IMG/VR virus record: IMGVR_UViG_3300033146_000958
DNA from: an uncultured virus (IMG/VR IMGVR_UViG_3300033146_000958)
Lineage: Duplodnaviria; Heunggongvirae; Uroviricota; Caudoviricetes
Reading direction: 5' to 3' (one strand)
Length of the DNA stretch: 64,000 nucleotides
The translations under genes and the position numbers were made by a program. The notes beneath the pieces are model-generated. The model was not told the DNA's origin. It saw only the letters and a program-made list of their open reading frames with translations, and made no database searches. Position 1 is the first letter of the stretch. Each line of letters opens with the position of its first letter. Positions 19,258-30,500 of the stretch are shown one piece after another.

Positions 19258-22200
19258 TTATTCTAATCCCAATCCAGTCATATATGCATTCAATAAATCT
19301 CTAGTAGGTGATGTTCTTGGTTCTATATAATTAGCACTACCAGTTTGTATTATACTAGATATGATTTGATTTTTTGAACCTTGATCATCTGATAATGGAC
19401 CAAAGAATTCTTTTAATACATTAACAGCACCATGAGATAATAAACTATTTACATCCATTTCGCCTGATCTCTGTCCTCCACCTGATTTCTTACCAGCAGT
19501 TGGTTGCATAGTTTTACTTTGATACATAGATGTTGACCGTGCGCTTAATTTAATAGATGATTGTTGTTCTAATTTTTGAAAATACATCCACCCTACCGCA
19601 ACAGGCATAATAGTTTTCTTTCTATATTCTGGAAGATATAAATTATATGCTGATTTCAATCCTGTTTCTTTCATCACATTTTGAATTTGTCTTCGTGTTG
19701 GAACTTGAAATTGTGGTACGACAATTGGTAAAATATAATTATTATTAATCAATTGTTGTACGAGATTAGACCATTGAGATGGATTCATTGATTTAAAATA
19801 TCTCATCACATCTAAACTGAGTTTTTGTCCTTTTGTATTATCTAATCCCCTATATATTTTAGATAGATAATTTAAAATTTTTTGAGTTTTCTTTGGACCA
19901 TTGTTTACAATCTTTATCGCTGCGAGTTTTGATATTGTACTAATATATAATTCATATAATTGTCCTGCATTCATTCTATTTATAATAGATAATCCATTAT
20001 AACATAACTCAACTGGATCTCCCCACGGAGAACGAGGCATGTTTTCAGCCTTTTCTATATATGTAATGACTCCTTTATTTCCATGTCTGTTTGCTAATTT
20101 ATCACCCAACTCTGCGATATAATCATCTTCTAATTTAAAAGTAACTATAATACCACTCACTGCACTTTTTTCAAATCCTTCATATCGCAAGAATTTTTTA
20201 GGAAACTCTCCTTTTTCTAATTCATATTTCTTTTTAAAATTTTCAAATTGATTATGTAGAACTGGAAATTTCTTTATACTAATATTAGGATAAATTTCTA
20301 ATGAAATTATTTTTCCGCCTGGTGATTTTATAATCCTTTGACCACCAATAATTTCTTGATCACTCTCATCTAATCCAATCATATCTTCCATTTCTTGTGA
20401 TGTCAATATCATTAATGGTTCGCCTTTTAAAGTATCTTGTCCTTCATTTACGCAGAAATGTAATTTTGAATCTTTCTTTAATATTATTGTTTTTTCAAAA
20501 TAATGTTTAGATGCAACTTTTTTATGTATGATAGAATCACTTATTACATAACCATCTTCAAATGAATATCCTTTCCAACCCATGATTGCAGTTAATAAAT
20601 TAACTCCAGGAGATATAGTCCCATTTATTATATGTTTTCCTTCTGCAACAATTTGATTTTCTTTTACTTTTTGACCAACTTTTACTGTAGATTTAAACGT
20701 ATTGATAGCACTTTGACCTTGAGCAGAATTTAATAATTTTGGATCTAATGGAATTTTTTGAATTTTACCATTCTTTAATTTGATTGTAATTACTTCATCT
20801 TTAACATCTTTAATAACTCCAGAATCAGATGCCTTTTTAACATAACTATCTGATAATAAATGAGTCATTATTGATTCATATCCAGTTTGACATAACGCAG
20901 GTTCATTTCCAACAATCGGAACTGCTTGTCTACTTTGAGAACATGAAAATTGAACTCTATTACCATCATCAGAATTAACAAAAGGAATAAATACTGATGA
21001 TGTACCCAATACCCCAGCCTTTTCATCAACATCAACTTTATCACTAAATGACCCACGAGAACTAGTAATTGCGGCATTAACTGATAACTGATTAATAATT
21101 CCAATAGTATCACCCTCTGGTGTATCCATAGGATCTAAATTTCCATAATATGATGGATGTGATCCTCTTGCCTTTTCTGTAATTGCATTTTTATCTGGAA
21201 TACCGCCAGGTCCAATAGGAGTGGTTCTTGTCAAACAGGATAATTCTTCAAGTGGATTGATGTTTTCTAATGATCTAACTAATTTAGAATTCATAATATC
21301 TTTAATAACTCGTTCAGTATCACATACATATTCTGCGTTATTATCACCAGAGATGCGTTGAAATCTATATGCATTATATGATCTTAATAATAATTTAATA
21401 ATCTGATGATTAAATACTTCACTGCTACGAACTCGTTGACTTGATAAATCATTTCGTTCATCGACTCGTCCTGAAACAACTTCTTTACACATATATAAAA
21501 TACATTGTGGTAATGTAAATGGTAATAATTTTGTTTTTAACACTTGAACAGATACAGGTTCCATTATATTATTTACAACTTCATTCACATTATATACACT
21601 ATTTCTATTTCCTACAATTTTTATTATTATTTCTTCATATGTTTTACGTTCTAAAATATTCTCTTCTGTAAGCCCATATACCATAAGTTCTTTTATTGAC
21701 ATTACTAATTGGCGCGCATATTCAGTATCATAATCAAAAACAATAAACTTCCCATCCTTTAATTTTATCCAGTTTAAGTCAGGTTCTGGCTCAATTTCTT
21801 CGAATCTATATTTTATATTGAATAATTTACACCCTTCGTTAAAGCCCATGAAATACCCTATTAACGCCATCAACGGCATGTTGTAACCACTAATGTATAC
21901 TTTCAGGAATTGTTTTGACTTCATCTGTTTTGATTCAATTGTCATCGGTGCATATAATGTTTCTAATTTAACCAACCATTTTTTAAGAAAGAAAATTGGA
22001 TCTAAAATAATTTGATATATTAAAAATTTCTTTTTTCCTTTATGTGTAAATGTCCCATCAGGCATTAAATGTGGAATTTTAATTTCAACTTTATGTTTTC
22101 TATTTTTTTCATCTTTTAATATAATAGTATACACATCTTCATAACTAGGTTCTAAATCTCCAGGGTCTACAGGAAGCGGATTAACTTTAACACTTTCAAC

Positions 22201-23430
22201 TTTTAAAGGAAAATCAGGTTTCTTTCCTAATAAATCAAAAGATTTTTTCAAATCTTTTTCAAATGAGTTTTGAAAATCTCGTTGTCTTTTATTTAAAACG
22301 TGACTTGGATCTTTATATTCATTAATAGCTGGTATATCTATTTTTGATGTTACTATATTTCTACTATTATTTTGTGGATCTGAACGTTCAACAATTTCAG
22401 ATTGTAATTGTTTTCTTATACTATCTAATAAATCTTTTCTATTCTCAGATGAAACACCATCAACTATCGCTTCTGATTTCTTTAAATTTCCAGATACTGA
22501 ATATAATATTGCCTTTGCAGTTATTGATGCGACTGTATCAGGATCTGGTTTAATTTTTATTAATTGTTTTCTTAAATCTGGTTTAGCTAATATATATTCC
22601 TTAACAACTTCACTTAATATTTCTTTTTCATCATCTAATCTATTTTGTAATTGTAATTTATCTAATGATTTACCAGATTTGATAATTTCATTTTCACCAT
22701 CAGATAATAATGGATTAATATTCATATTTTTAATCATTTTATCTGATAGTTGTACTGCGATATCATGGTCTACTAAATTAGTTTGATGTGATTGAATATT
22801 TTTTAGTAGTTGATACATTCTATTATATGATATACTTCCATTAGGATTATTTAATAAAGTATATATTGGAGTTTTTTCTTTTATAATACATAATAAAAAG
22901 TAGTCGAATGGAGGATGTTCTTCTTGTTTATACATCTCTAATATCGGCAATATCCTTCTTTGAAAAATTGATGTTTGTAATGGTTCATCAACATCAATAC
23001 AATATAAAAATATTTTATTAGTTCCTTCTCCTAACGCCCTTGTAATTCTTAAATATTCCTGAACTTTTGTTTTTGGTAATACTGGTCTATATGATTGAAT
23101 TTTGAATTGTGTTTCTAATACTTTTAAAAATGGACCACAATCAAAATAATAATTATTTCGTAATTTACTTTTAGATGATGCAGGAATTAATTTTAAATTT
23201 CTATATTGTTGAAATAATTTTCCAGTCAACATTAATTTCGGATATTTACTTCCTACTATTCTAATAATTCTTACATCTTGTTTTAAAATATTTAAATGTT
23301 CATATTCATGTATAAAATTTGTATTCTCTGGATAATATATAATTGAATACAATCCCTTACTCGCAACATTTGGAAATCTTATTTGTTTTGTTTTTAATGG
23401 GAATAATTTTAATTTATCAATTCTTATCAT
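19258..23430 (-). CDS. rpoB: multisubunit RNA polymerase beta subunit, unsplit, with ~380-aa N-terminal extension
   Basis: IPHLMPDGTF, GPGG, HPSYYGNLDPMDTPEG, DDGNR, QSRQAVP, FEDG, GDKLANRHGNKGVI, RMNAGQ, GGQRSGEMD. Confidence 0.96.
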   Translation of the reverse strand: MIRIDKLKLFPLKTKQIRFPNVASKGLYSIIYYPENTNFIHEYEHLNILKQDVRIIRIVGSKYPKLMLTGKLFQQYRNLKLIPASSKSKLRNNYYFDCGPFLKVLETQFKIQSYRPVLPKTKVQEYLRITRALGEGTNKIFLYCIDVDEPLQTSIFQRRILPILEMYKQEEHPPFDYFLLCIIKEKTPIYTLLNNPNGSISYNRMYQLLKNIQSHQTNLVDHDIAVQLSDKMIKNMNINPLLSDGENEIIKSGKSLDKLQLQNRLDDEKEILSEVVKEYILAKPDLRKQLIKIKPDPDTVASITAKAILYSVSGNLKKSEAIVDGVSSENRKDLLDSIRKQLQSEIVERSDPQNNSRNIVTSKIDIPAINEYKDPSHVLNKRQRDFQNSFEKDLKKSFDLLGKKPDFPLKVESVKVNPLPVDPGDLEPSYEDVYTIILKDEKNRKHKVEIKIPHLMPDGTFTHKGKKKFLIYQIILDPIFFLKKWLVKLETLYAPMTIESKQMKSKQFLKVYISGYNMPLMALIGYFMGFNEGCKLFNIKYRFEEIEPEPDLNWIKLKDGKFIVFDYDTEYARQLVMSIKELMVYGLTEENILERKTYEEIIIKIVGNRNSVYNVNEVVNNIMEPVSVQVLKTKLLPFTLPQCILYMCKEVVSGRVDERNDLSSQRVRSSEVFNHQIIKLLLRSYNAYRFQRISGDNNAEYVCDTERVIKDIMNSKLVRSLENINPLEELSCLTRTTPIGPGGIPDKNAITEKARGSHPSYYGNLDPMDTPEGDTIGIINQLSVNAAITSSRGSFSDKVDVDEKAGVLGTSSVFIPFVNSDDGNRVQFSCSQSRQAVPIVGNEPALCQTGYESIMTHLLSDSYVKKASDSGVIKDVKDEVITIKLKNGKIQKIPLDPKLLNSAQGQSAINTFKSTVKVGQKVKENQIVAEGKHIINGTISPGVNLLTAIMGWKGYSFEDGYVISDSIIHKKVASKHYFEKTIILKKDSKLHFCVNEGQDTLKGEPLMILTSQEMEDMIGLDESDQEIIGGQRIIKSPGGKIISLEIYPNISIKKFPVLHNQFENFKKKYELEKGEFPKKFLRYEGFEKSAVSGIIVTFKLEDDYIAELGDKLANRHGNKGVITYIEKAENMPRSPWGDPVELCYNGLSIINRMNAGQLYELYISTISKLAAIKIVNNGPKKTQKILNYLSKIYRGLDNTKGQKLSLDVMRYFKSMNPSQWSNLVQQLINNNYILPIVVPQFQVPTRRQIQNVMKETGLKSAYNLYLPEYRKKTIMPVAVGWMYFQKLEQQSSIKLSARSTSMYQSKTMQPTAGKKSGGGQRSGEMDVNSLLSHGAVNVLKEFFGPLSDDQGSKNQIISSIIQTGSANYIEPRTSPTRDLLNAYMTGLGLE

Positions 23431-23483
23431 TATATAATCCTATACAAAAATACTTCATGTTTATTAATTATCTTCACTATCAA
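23430..23483 (-). CDS. possible 17-aa leader peptide (MIVKIINKHEVFLYRII)
   Basis: AAGGAG-5 nt-TTG; its TAA overlaps the rpoB ATG (TAATG). Confidence 0.3.
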   Translation of the reverse strand: MIVKIINKHEVFLYRII

Positions 23484-23570
23484 ATTATCTCCTTGCGTTT
23501 AATTAGGGAAGCAAATATTACTATAAGCCTCCCATAAACGAAATACCTTTTTTATTTTCAGTGAATTAAA

Positions 23571-24320
23571 TTATCCTGCGTATGAATATGATACTTCTAT
23601 TTTATCACCAACTTCTAATATTCCATCTAACCCAAGACCAGTCCATGATAATGTAGTTCCAGTTACACTAAAATCAACACCTTCATCTTGTGATATTCCT
23701 CCATATACAGTAAGTTTTACATCATCATCAGTTGCGGGTGTATGTGATAAAGTCACTGATTTACTAGTATTAATTTGAGTACTAGTTAATGTAAATTCAT
23801 CTACTGAAAAAGATTTTCCTACACTTCCAGCAGTAGATAATTTATTTCCAATATATATATAAACAACACATCTCGCAGATGAATCTAAACTTAAATCATC
23901 TTCACTAGTAATAGTACCATTTGCAGGGTCGAAAATCCAATCTTCCGCAGCCGTTGCATATATACGACTAGATGGATAATTATCATATAATTTTGGTTCG
24001 TAATTAAAATGAATACTATCAGGAACTATATCGTATACTCTTTGTCCAGCAGATGCATGTCCAGTTGGATATTTAAGATAATATGATTTTCCATTTGATG
24101 TATTATCATACGTTAATTCACAAACTACTTCTTCAACAACTCCTGCTGTTACTGCCGATGTTGTATCAGTTGAAATAGTATCTACCCATACATTATCGGC
24201 AAATGTTATTAAATATGATGAATCCGCTTCATTTGCTGGATCTTTTGAATTATACGTATGGGACTTGCCCATTAACTTTTTTAGACTAACATTTATTTTA
24301 CTAGTATCTGTCAATGACAT
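23571..24320 (-). CDS. putative virion structural protein
   Basis: Ser/Thr/Gly-rich beta-type composition; C-terminal GISQDEGVDFSV...GDKIEVSY module typical of tail/baseplate proteins. Confidence 0.55.
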   Translation of the reverse strand: MSLTDTSKINVSLKKLMGKSHTYNSKDPANEADSSYLITFADNVWVDTISTDTTSAVTAGVVEEVVCELTYDNTSNGKSYYLKYPTGHASAGQRVYDIVPDSIHFNYEPKLYDNYPSSRIYATAAEDWIFDPANGTITSEDDLSLDSSARCVVYIYIGNKLSTAGSVGKSFSVDEFTLTSTQINTSKSVTLSHTPATDDDVKLTVYGGISQDEGVDFSVTGTTLSWTGLGLDGILEVGDKIEVSYSYAG

Positions 24321-24350
24321 AATAAAATTCTCCCTTATTTTATAAACTTT

Positions 24351-24641
24351 TTATTTTTCTAAAAATGATTGATTCCCATATCTTATAATAGCATATTTAA
24401 TTTCATTAATTGCTATTTGAGGTGGGATATTAAACCATTCTCCATTAATTCTATCAAAATTATTAATGTGATGTATTTTCTTTTCTAAATATTTAGCACG
24501 TTTATCATCCACTTCAATTTTATAAATTAATTTAAGTTTATCAGAAGATCCTGTTTGTAGTTGTTTAAGTCTTCTCCCAGGATCTTTTGATATTCCTATT
24601 TTTACTATATTTTCTTTTGATTCTATTATATATATATACAT
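24351..24641 (-). CDS. GIY-YIG nuclease (T5orf172/MUG113-like)
   Basis: YIYII, VKIGIS, RLKQLQTG, LEKKIH, GEWF. Confidence 0.85.
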   Translation of the reverse strand: MYIYIIESKENIVKIGISKDPGRRLKQLQTGSSDKLKLIYKIEVDDKRAKYLEKKIHHINNFDRINGEWFNIPPQIAINEIKYAIIRYGNQSFLEK

Positions 24642-24654
24642 TTAATTATCTATC

Positions 24655-25611
24655 TTATACCAAATCATTACATATTTTAACCATATAACCTTCATTATCT
24701 CTTTTACTTGTTTTTAAAATATATTGAAAATGTCTTAAATTTTTATCATTATCTCTACAATATTTAGAAAGATTTTTAATGTAAGATTTAGTATTATCAG
24801 GATTGATTATAACATAGATTTTACCATTATTAGAAACCATTTTATCTCTAGATTCAACTGAATGAGTTTTTCCATACATGCCATTATTTTCACCACTATT
24901 TTTTAAAGAAATTTTAAGTTTTGTTTTTTGTGTATGTCTGGTTCCTTTAATAGATTTACTTAATTTATTTTTCAATTCTTGTGATTTATCTTTACCAAAC
25001 CGAACATCCCAAGTTTTACCAAGTTTAGCCTTTCTAAATTTATCTACAACCTCTTCTGGAAATTTTCTTCCGAATGCCCAATGTTTTGAACCACGAATAC
25101 TTATACTTTGTTTATTCCTAGATTCGAAACTTCTTTTATAACCCTTATGCGAATCACTAGATTTTTTTCTTTTAACTGGATCATGCATAGCATTATTAAT
25201 ACTTAATTTCAATCTTGTATAAGGAGATATATTTGATTGTTCAACACCTCCATCAGTAAAATTAACAAGTGGACCTGTTGATAAATCTTGTCTACCGATT
25301 GTAGTTATTAAAATGTTTTCAAAAACTAATGCCTTTTTCTCATCAATAAATTTAGATTTAAGTATGATGGGATATAATCCAGAAGAAAGTATTTTCTTAA
25401 TCTTATTGTGTTTATGAGTATAATCAGAAGACAATAATTTAAATGTTTCTCTTAAATGTTCTTTCCATCTTCCACATTTTCCTTTACCAACATAAAAAGG
25501 CTGATAATCAAATGTCAATTCATTATATGTAAATGGTCCTTTTTTTCGAGGATCCATATAGATATAAGTATAATAGATATTATTATCATTCATTGTTAGC
25601 TTGCATTCCAT
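24655..25611 (-). CDS. GIY-YIG-like homing endonuclease with NUMOD3 repeats
   Basis: YTYIYMDPR...FYVGKGK, GPLVNFTDGG, repeats such as GKTHSVESRDKM. Confidence 0.85.
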   Translation of the reverse strand: MECKLTMNDNNIYYTYIYMDPRKKGPFTYNELTFDYQPFYVGKGKCGRWKEHLRETFKLLSSDYTHKHNKIKKILSSGLYPIILKSKFIDEKKALVFENILITTIGRQDLSTGPLVNFTDGGVEQSNISPYTRLKLSINNAMHDPVKRKKSSDSHKGYKRSFESRNKQSISIRGSKHWAFGRKFPEEVVDKFRKAKLGKTWDVRFGKDKSQELKNKLSKSIKGTRHTQKTKLKISLKNSGENNGMYGKTHSVESRDKMVSNNGKIYVIINPDNTKSYIKNLSKYCRDNDKNLRHFQYILKTSKRDNEGYMVKICNDLV

Positions 25612-27449
25612 ACAACTGATGCACCTGTTAAATATCCTGATGTAGCACTCGATGCGATTTGTATTCTAAAATATATCCTATTACCTGAATTCGCAGTTGA
25701 TTTTGTTCCGACAGTAACACCTAAATTAGTAGTTGGGATAGTTGTGTCATTACCAAGAGATGAGGAATAACATCCATCACCATCATTCCATTGTCCTGTT
25801 TGATATGCCTGCATAGTATCTAACCAACCAGTTTGTGATGGTAATCTAATTTCTAATGTAACATGTGCAGATGAATTACTAAATGTATTAATATCAACTA
25901 AAGTTAATCCAGAACCACTTAATGTAAATCTAAAATTGGCAGTTCCTGTAGTATTTGTAAAGTATCCATAAAAATATCTACTTCCAGTACATGTACTATA
26001 ATTAGGATTTCCTGCAGGTCCATTAGCAACTCCACTAAAATTATATGATGGATATACTAATCTATCATTATAACATTGTAATTCACTAGTTAAAGTTAAT
26101 AGTGAAGATGAAGAAGTATAATTAGGAGATAATGAAATACTACTAAAATCAGATGAAGTTAAATATCTACGAGTTTCTCCTCTAAATGTTTGTGATAATA
26201 CGGATGAATTATCTGAATTAGTATCTACTAATAAATTATAACTAGTTGTTCCAGATGATGTTACATTTCCTTGAATTGAACGTTGTATTAATGTATTTAC
26301 AGTAAGTTGATTACCACTACCACTTTGATAACCAGATGGAATAATTCTCCCAGAATCAACTGTAACCGTTTTACCTGATATAGATTCAGTTTCCGTTTCA
26401 GTTGATATATTTCCTAATGCCGCTGATGCAACAGAACAATTAGTAGTTGTTGGATGACTAACTGCAGATGATGCATAACTATATGTATTTCTATGAATAT
26501 TACTTCCGATGATTGCATATGCCGCTGAACCACCAGTATGGAATGTAATACCTGATATATCATTCGATCCAGTCATTGAAAGACTACTAAGTGCTTCACT
26601 TGCGTATGATGTTGGTGTGGTATTATCATCAACTATATAAACAAATGTATTAGTGGTTAATGTTCCTTCAGAATGTTTAACTTGAATTGTATTATATCCG
26701 TTTCTTAAATCTGCATTATTTACTGCCCATGTTCCAGTTCTATATTTTCTTGCTGAAAATGTCCCACCACCTGAAAATTGAACTGCGGTAGCGACGGTTA
26801 AATTAAAACCAGATCCATTCCCATTTAAAGAATTTCCTGATCCAAAAGATGTTAAATCAACTGTTTGTACTACAGATCCATTAACTTCTAATGTTAATGA
26901 TCCTTTATCACCATTTCCAAATGCGTTTGCTGGATAGGCATATGAATGAGCAGGAACATCATCATTTAACGTCCCAGATAGATTTGTAGATGCACTAATA
27001 ATACCACTATTATCTCCAGTTGTATTAAATGTCCCATTTATATCTATTGTTGGATGATTTGTATAACCAGAAATTGCATGTGAAGATCCAAATGATAATT
27101 TTCCTGTAGTACCACTACCTGCCCTAGAAATTTGATCTAAATCGGGCGCTGCAGGTGGAACTAATTCTCCAAGAATTGAATTTATTTCTTCAACTACATC
27201 CGCAGCATCATCACCAGATTGAATGTTTACTGCACCAGAATCAATAGAACTATTAGTTGTTTCACCGAATTCCAATCCAGTTAATTCCGTTACTGTAAGT
27301 TCTGATGTTACATCTGCAAGTGCTGTTTCTAATTGATCTTTATTAATTGCATCTTTTCCATCGACTCCATCTGCAACATGAGTAACTTTTTTCGTACTCA
27401 TATTCAAATCATCAGTGATATTTAACCACTTACTATTAATATTTGACAT
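25596..27449 (-). CDS. putative virion structural or fibre protein
   Basis: Ser/Thr/Gly/Asn-rich; N-terminal KKVTHVADGVDGKDAINKDQL resembles the trimeric autotransporter neck/stalk motif. Confidence 0.6.
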   Translation of the reverse strand: MSNINSKWLNITDDLNMSTKKVTHVADGVDGKDAINKDQLETALADVTSELTVTELTGLEFGETTNSSIDSGAVNIQSGDDAADVVEEINSILGELVPPAAPDLDQISRAGSGTTGKLSFGSSHAISGYTNHPTIDINGTFNTTGDNSGIISASTNLSGTLNDDVPAHSYAYPANAFGNGDKGSLTLEVNGSVVQTVDLTSFGSGNSLNGNGSGFNLTVATAVQFSGGGTFSARKYRTGTWAVNNADLRNGYNTIQVKHSEGTLTTNTFVYIVDDNTTPTSYASEALSSLSMTGSNDISGITFHTGGSAAYAIIGSNIHRNTYSYASSAVSHPTTTNCSVASAALGNISTETETESISGKTVTVDSGRIIPSGYQSGSGNQLTVNTLIQRSIQGNVTSSGTTSYNLLVDTNSDNSSVLSQTFRGETRRYLTSSDFSSISLSPNYTSSSSLLTLTSELQCYNDRLVYPSYNFSGVANGPAGNPNYSTCTGSRYFYGYFTNTTGTANFRFTLSGSGLTLVDINTFSNSSAHVTLEIRLPSQTGWLDTMQAYQTGQWNDGDGCYSSSLGNDTTIPTTNLGVTVGTKSTANSGNRIYFRIQIASSATSGYLTGASVVWNAS

Positions 27450-27520
27450 AATAATTTCCTCTCAAAGTTTCATTTGAATTTATTTCATTCCTATAAATAT
27501 TACTTTTAAAGATTGATATA

Positions 27521-27536
27521 CTTTTAATTTTGTTCT
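27521..27536 (-). promoter_or_regulatory. putative late-class phage promoter AGAACAAAATTAAAAG
   Basis: Identical 16-mer also at 32101 and 45890, all intergenic. Confidence 0.7.
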
Positions 27537-27547
27537 AGTTTAAATGA

Positions 27548-30500
27548 TTATAAGTTTCCAGTAACCATTTTTTCTAAAACACTTTCCTCCTTGTTTCTTG
27601 GATATACTAATGCCGTTTCAATTGATTTATTAAAATTTTCAAACGCTAACGATGATAACCAAGATTCTAGAGATGGGATATTTTTAATATTTCCAACCAT
27701 TGGTTGATATTTCTTCGGATTAAGTCTTGCAGCTACTCTTGGATTTGATAAATCTCTTAATAGATTGGAACATAGAACTTCAAAATGAACTAAATCACAA
27801 TCAGTCAAATTTTGAAATTGATCATAAATCTTTTGGAAATAATGGACTTCATTCTTCCATGTTTTTCGACCACTTAATATTGCCTGAATTAATTTAGACT
27901 GTTTAGCCATATCATCTGAAGTTGGTTTACATACTATAAATTTATTACCGGCTTTAAAAGGAATATATATCATATTATTATTTTGTTCATACCCATGAGA
28001 TATATCAATTTCACATTCATAATCTAATGTAATATCATATTCTTTACCATCAATATTTATTGTAAAAAATCCATATAATAAATTAATCTTATCTTTTTGT
28101 ATAATAACATCATTTTTAACATCTGTATAATCATTAGTATTTATTATTATATCACCATCCATCTTACTTACTATAGAATTATCAACCTGTTTAAAAATAT
28201 TTTCAAACCCACTCGCAATATCTGTTGGTAATACTTTAGTTATTTGTGATATAATATCAATAGTATCTGCTCCAACTGCACCACCAGTATGAAAACTTTT
28301 CATAATCATTTGTGTGCCGCGCTCACCCAGAATAGTTGCGGCAGTAATTCCAACATATAATGATTTATTTCGTAATGCTAAATCTCCATAACAAGTCAAA
28401 CATAATTTTGTTGATTGACAATACATTGGAGATCTGAGTTTAACTAATTTTCCAGTATCAGTTTCAGGATTAAAATATCTTAAAGTTCCTTTTTGTGTTA
28501 AGATTTTTCTTCCTATCAATCGTTTTGATATATCAGGAGTTGCAGTAATTTCTAAAAATCGTTTTGTACCACAATCATTTTTCTTTGTTTGTAATTCTAC
28601 ACTTTGAAGTGCATAAACTAATTGTCTAGATAAATATCCGGTATCTGCAGTATTAATAACTCTATCAACAATTCCTTTTCTATTACCAGGACTCATATCA
28701 AAAAATTCTTTTGCAGTAGTTCCATCTGCATATGAATTAGAAATAGGAGCCATTACATTTCCCTCAATATCTGCAATCAATCCTTTAGCAACAAGAATCT
28801 GTCTTATTTGTCCCATTCCTTTTGTAGCACCTGCACTATTTAAAACACCAAGACTACTTCCTGATGAATTTAAATAATCTACTAACATACTTTCCATCTT
28901 GTCTAGAATTTTTTGAGCCTCTTCTGTTGTTGCACCATTTAATTTTTCTTTTAATTTATAAATACTTTGTGGAATTTCTAAATCATTAATACTAAAAGTT
29001 GGTGCAAATAACGTATACCATTTAAAACCAAGATTTTGAATATTATTTCCTACAGTCCCAAAGACATCATTTGAATATTTTTTATATAATAAATCTAATA
29101 TTTTCTTATCTAATATTTTCTTATTTACAGGTTCATTAATAAATGGAAAATTATCAGGTAGAATATTATTAAATATAACACGTCCCGCAGTAGTCTTAAT
29201 TCCTTTATAAACAACTCCAGTAAATGGTTCCATTTCTAAAATATCTTGTTCAAATTTAACACTTTTAAATGAAGTTATTTTTTTTGATGGATTAGATGTT
29301 AAACAATAAACCCCTGCAACTATATCTTTTGAAAAATCTATCGCGATTTTATTCATTCCATCTTTTGATTCAATTGTAACCATTCTTTCTTTTGCTTCTT
29401 CAATAGATTCCTTTGTTAATGGAGTATATAATGCCATTTGATCTCCATCAAAATCCGCGCCAAACGCCCCACAATAAAGAGTATTTAATCTAATAGTATT
29501 TCCTTTTACTAATTTTGGTCTAAACGCCAAAGCCGATTCAGTATGTAATGCAGGATCTCTTTTTGCAATAACAATTTTATCCGCAATCGCTCTATTAACA
29601 CCAAGTTCAATAAGTTCTTGTAATCCTGGAGTTATTTCATCTGCTCTAGATATTCCTTCTAATAAACTTCTTAATGTATTAACTGATAATTCCATTTGAT
29701 TATAATCTAATAAGTGAGCAGCTAATTCTTCTTTCGGAATATTTCCACTATTCAATAATTCAAATAAAATAAATGGTTCAAATAATTTAACTAAAACACG
29801 AAGTGGTACTCCAATTTCATCTTTTTCTAATTCAGTTCCCCCACCAGCGATAACTGCCCTTGCAGAAAAATCTACGCGTTTACCTAATATATCATGTCTA
29901 ATTAAACCTTCTTTTTTAGATATTTTTTTAGATACAAATAAATATAATTCATTTATTGCATGTTGCATATTCGCAGATAAAATATCAAATACTAATCCTT
30001 GTTGAGATGCCCTTAATTGAGTTGATAATCTTAATATAACTTTATAATAATCATTCAATGGATCAATATTTTCTCCAGAATCATCACCTGGAATTATATC
30101 TCTATATGCAGGTGGTATAACAGGAAAGATATCACATAATAATTGATTTGATTTTTTATAATGATCTAACATTGAAACTAAATTCTCTCGTGATTCAGTA
30201 CCACCTCTAAATTTTATTTTATTTATATTTTCAACAACTGCAGACATACCAAATATATCACCATGTTCATCTTCAACTAAATATCCTTCTATATCAATCT
30301 TATATTTTTTATCTCTATTTATCGCATTTAGTAATTTTCTTTCAATTCTTTTTAATATGGAAATTAATGATGGATGAATAACTTTAGTATTTAAAGTAAT
30401 AAAACCAAATTTAGTTTTTCTATCTCTAGTTTCAATATTTCCAAATATTTCCTCGGAGAATAATCCATTAGGATGAAAAGTTCCTCCTTGTGGTCCTTTA

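Noticed and set aside
23571..27449. Group I intron carrying the endonucleases and splitting one structural gene
   Set aside because: Both flanking genes have their own RBS, start and stop; almost no non-coding sequence is available for an intron core
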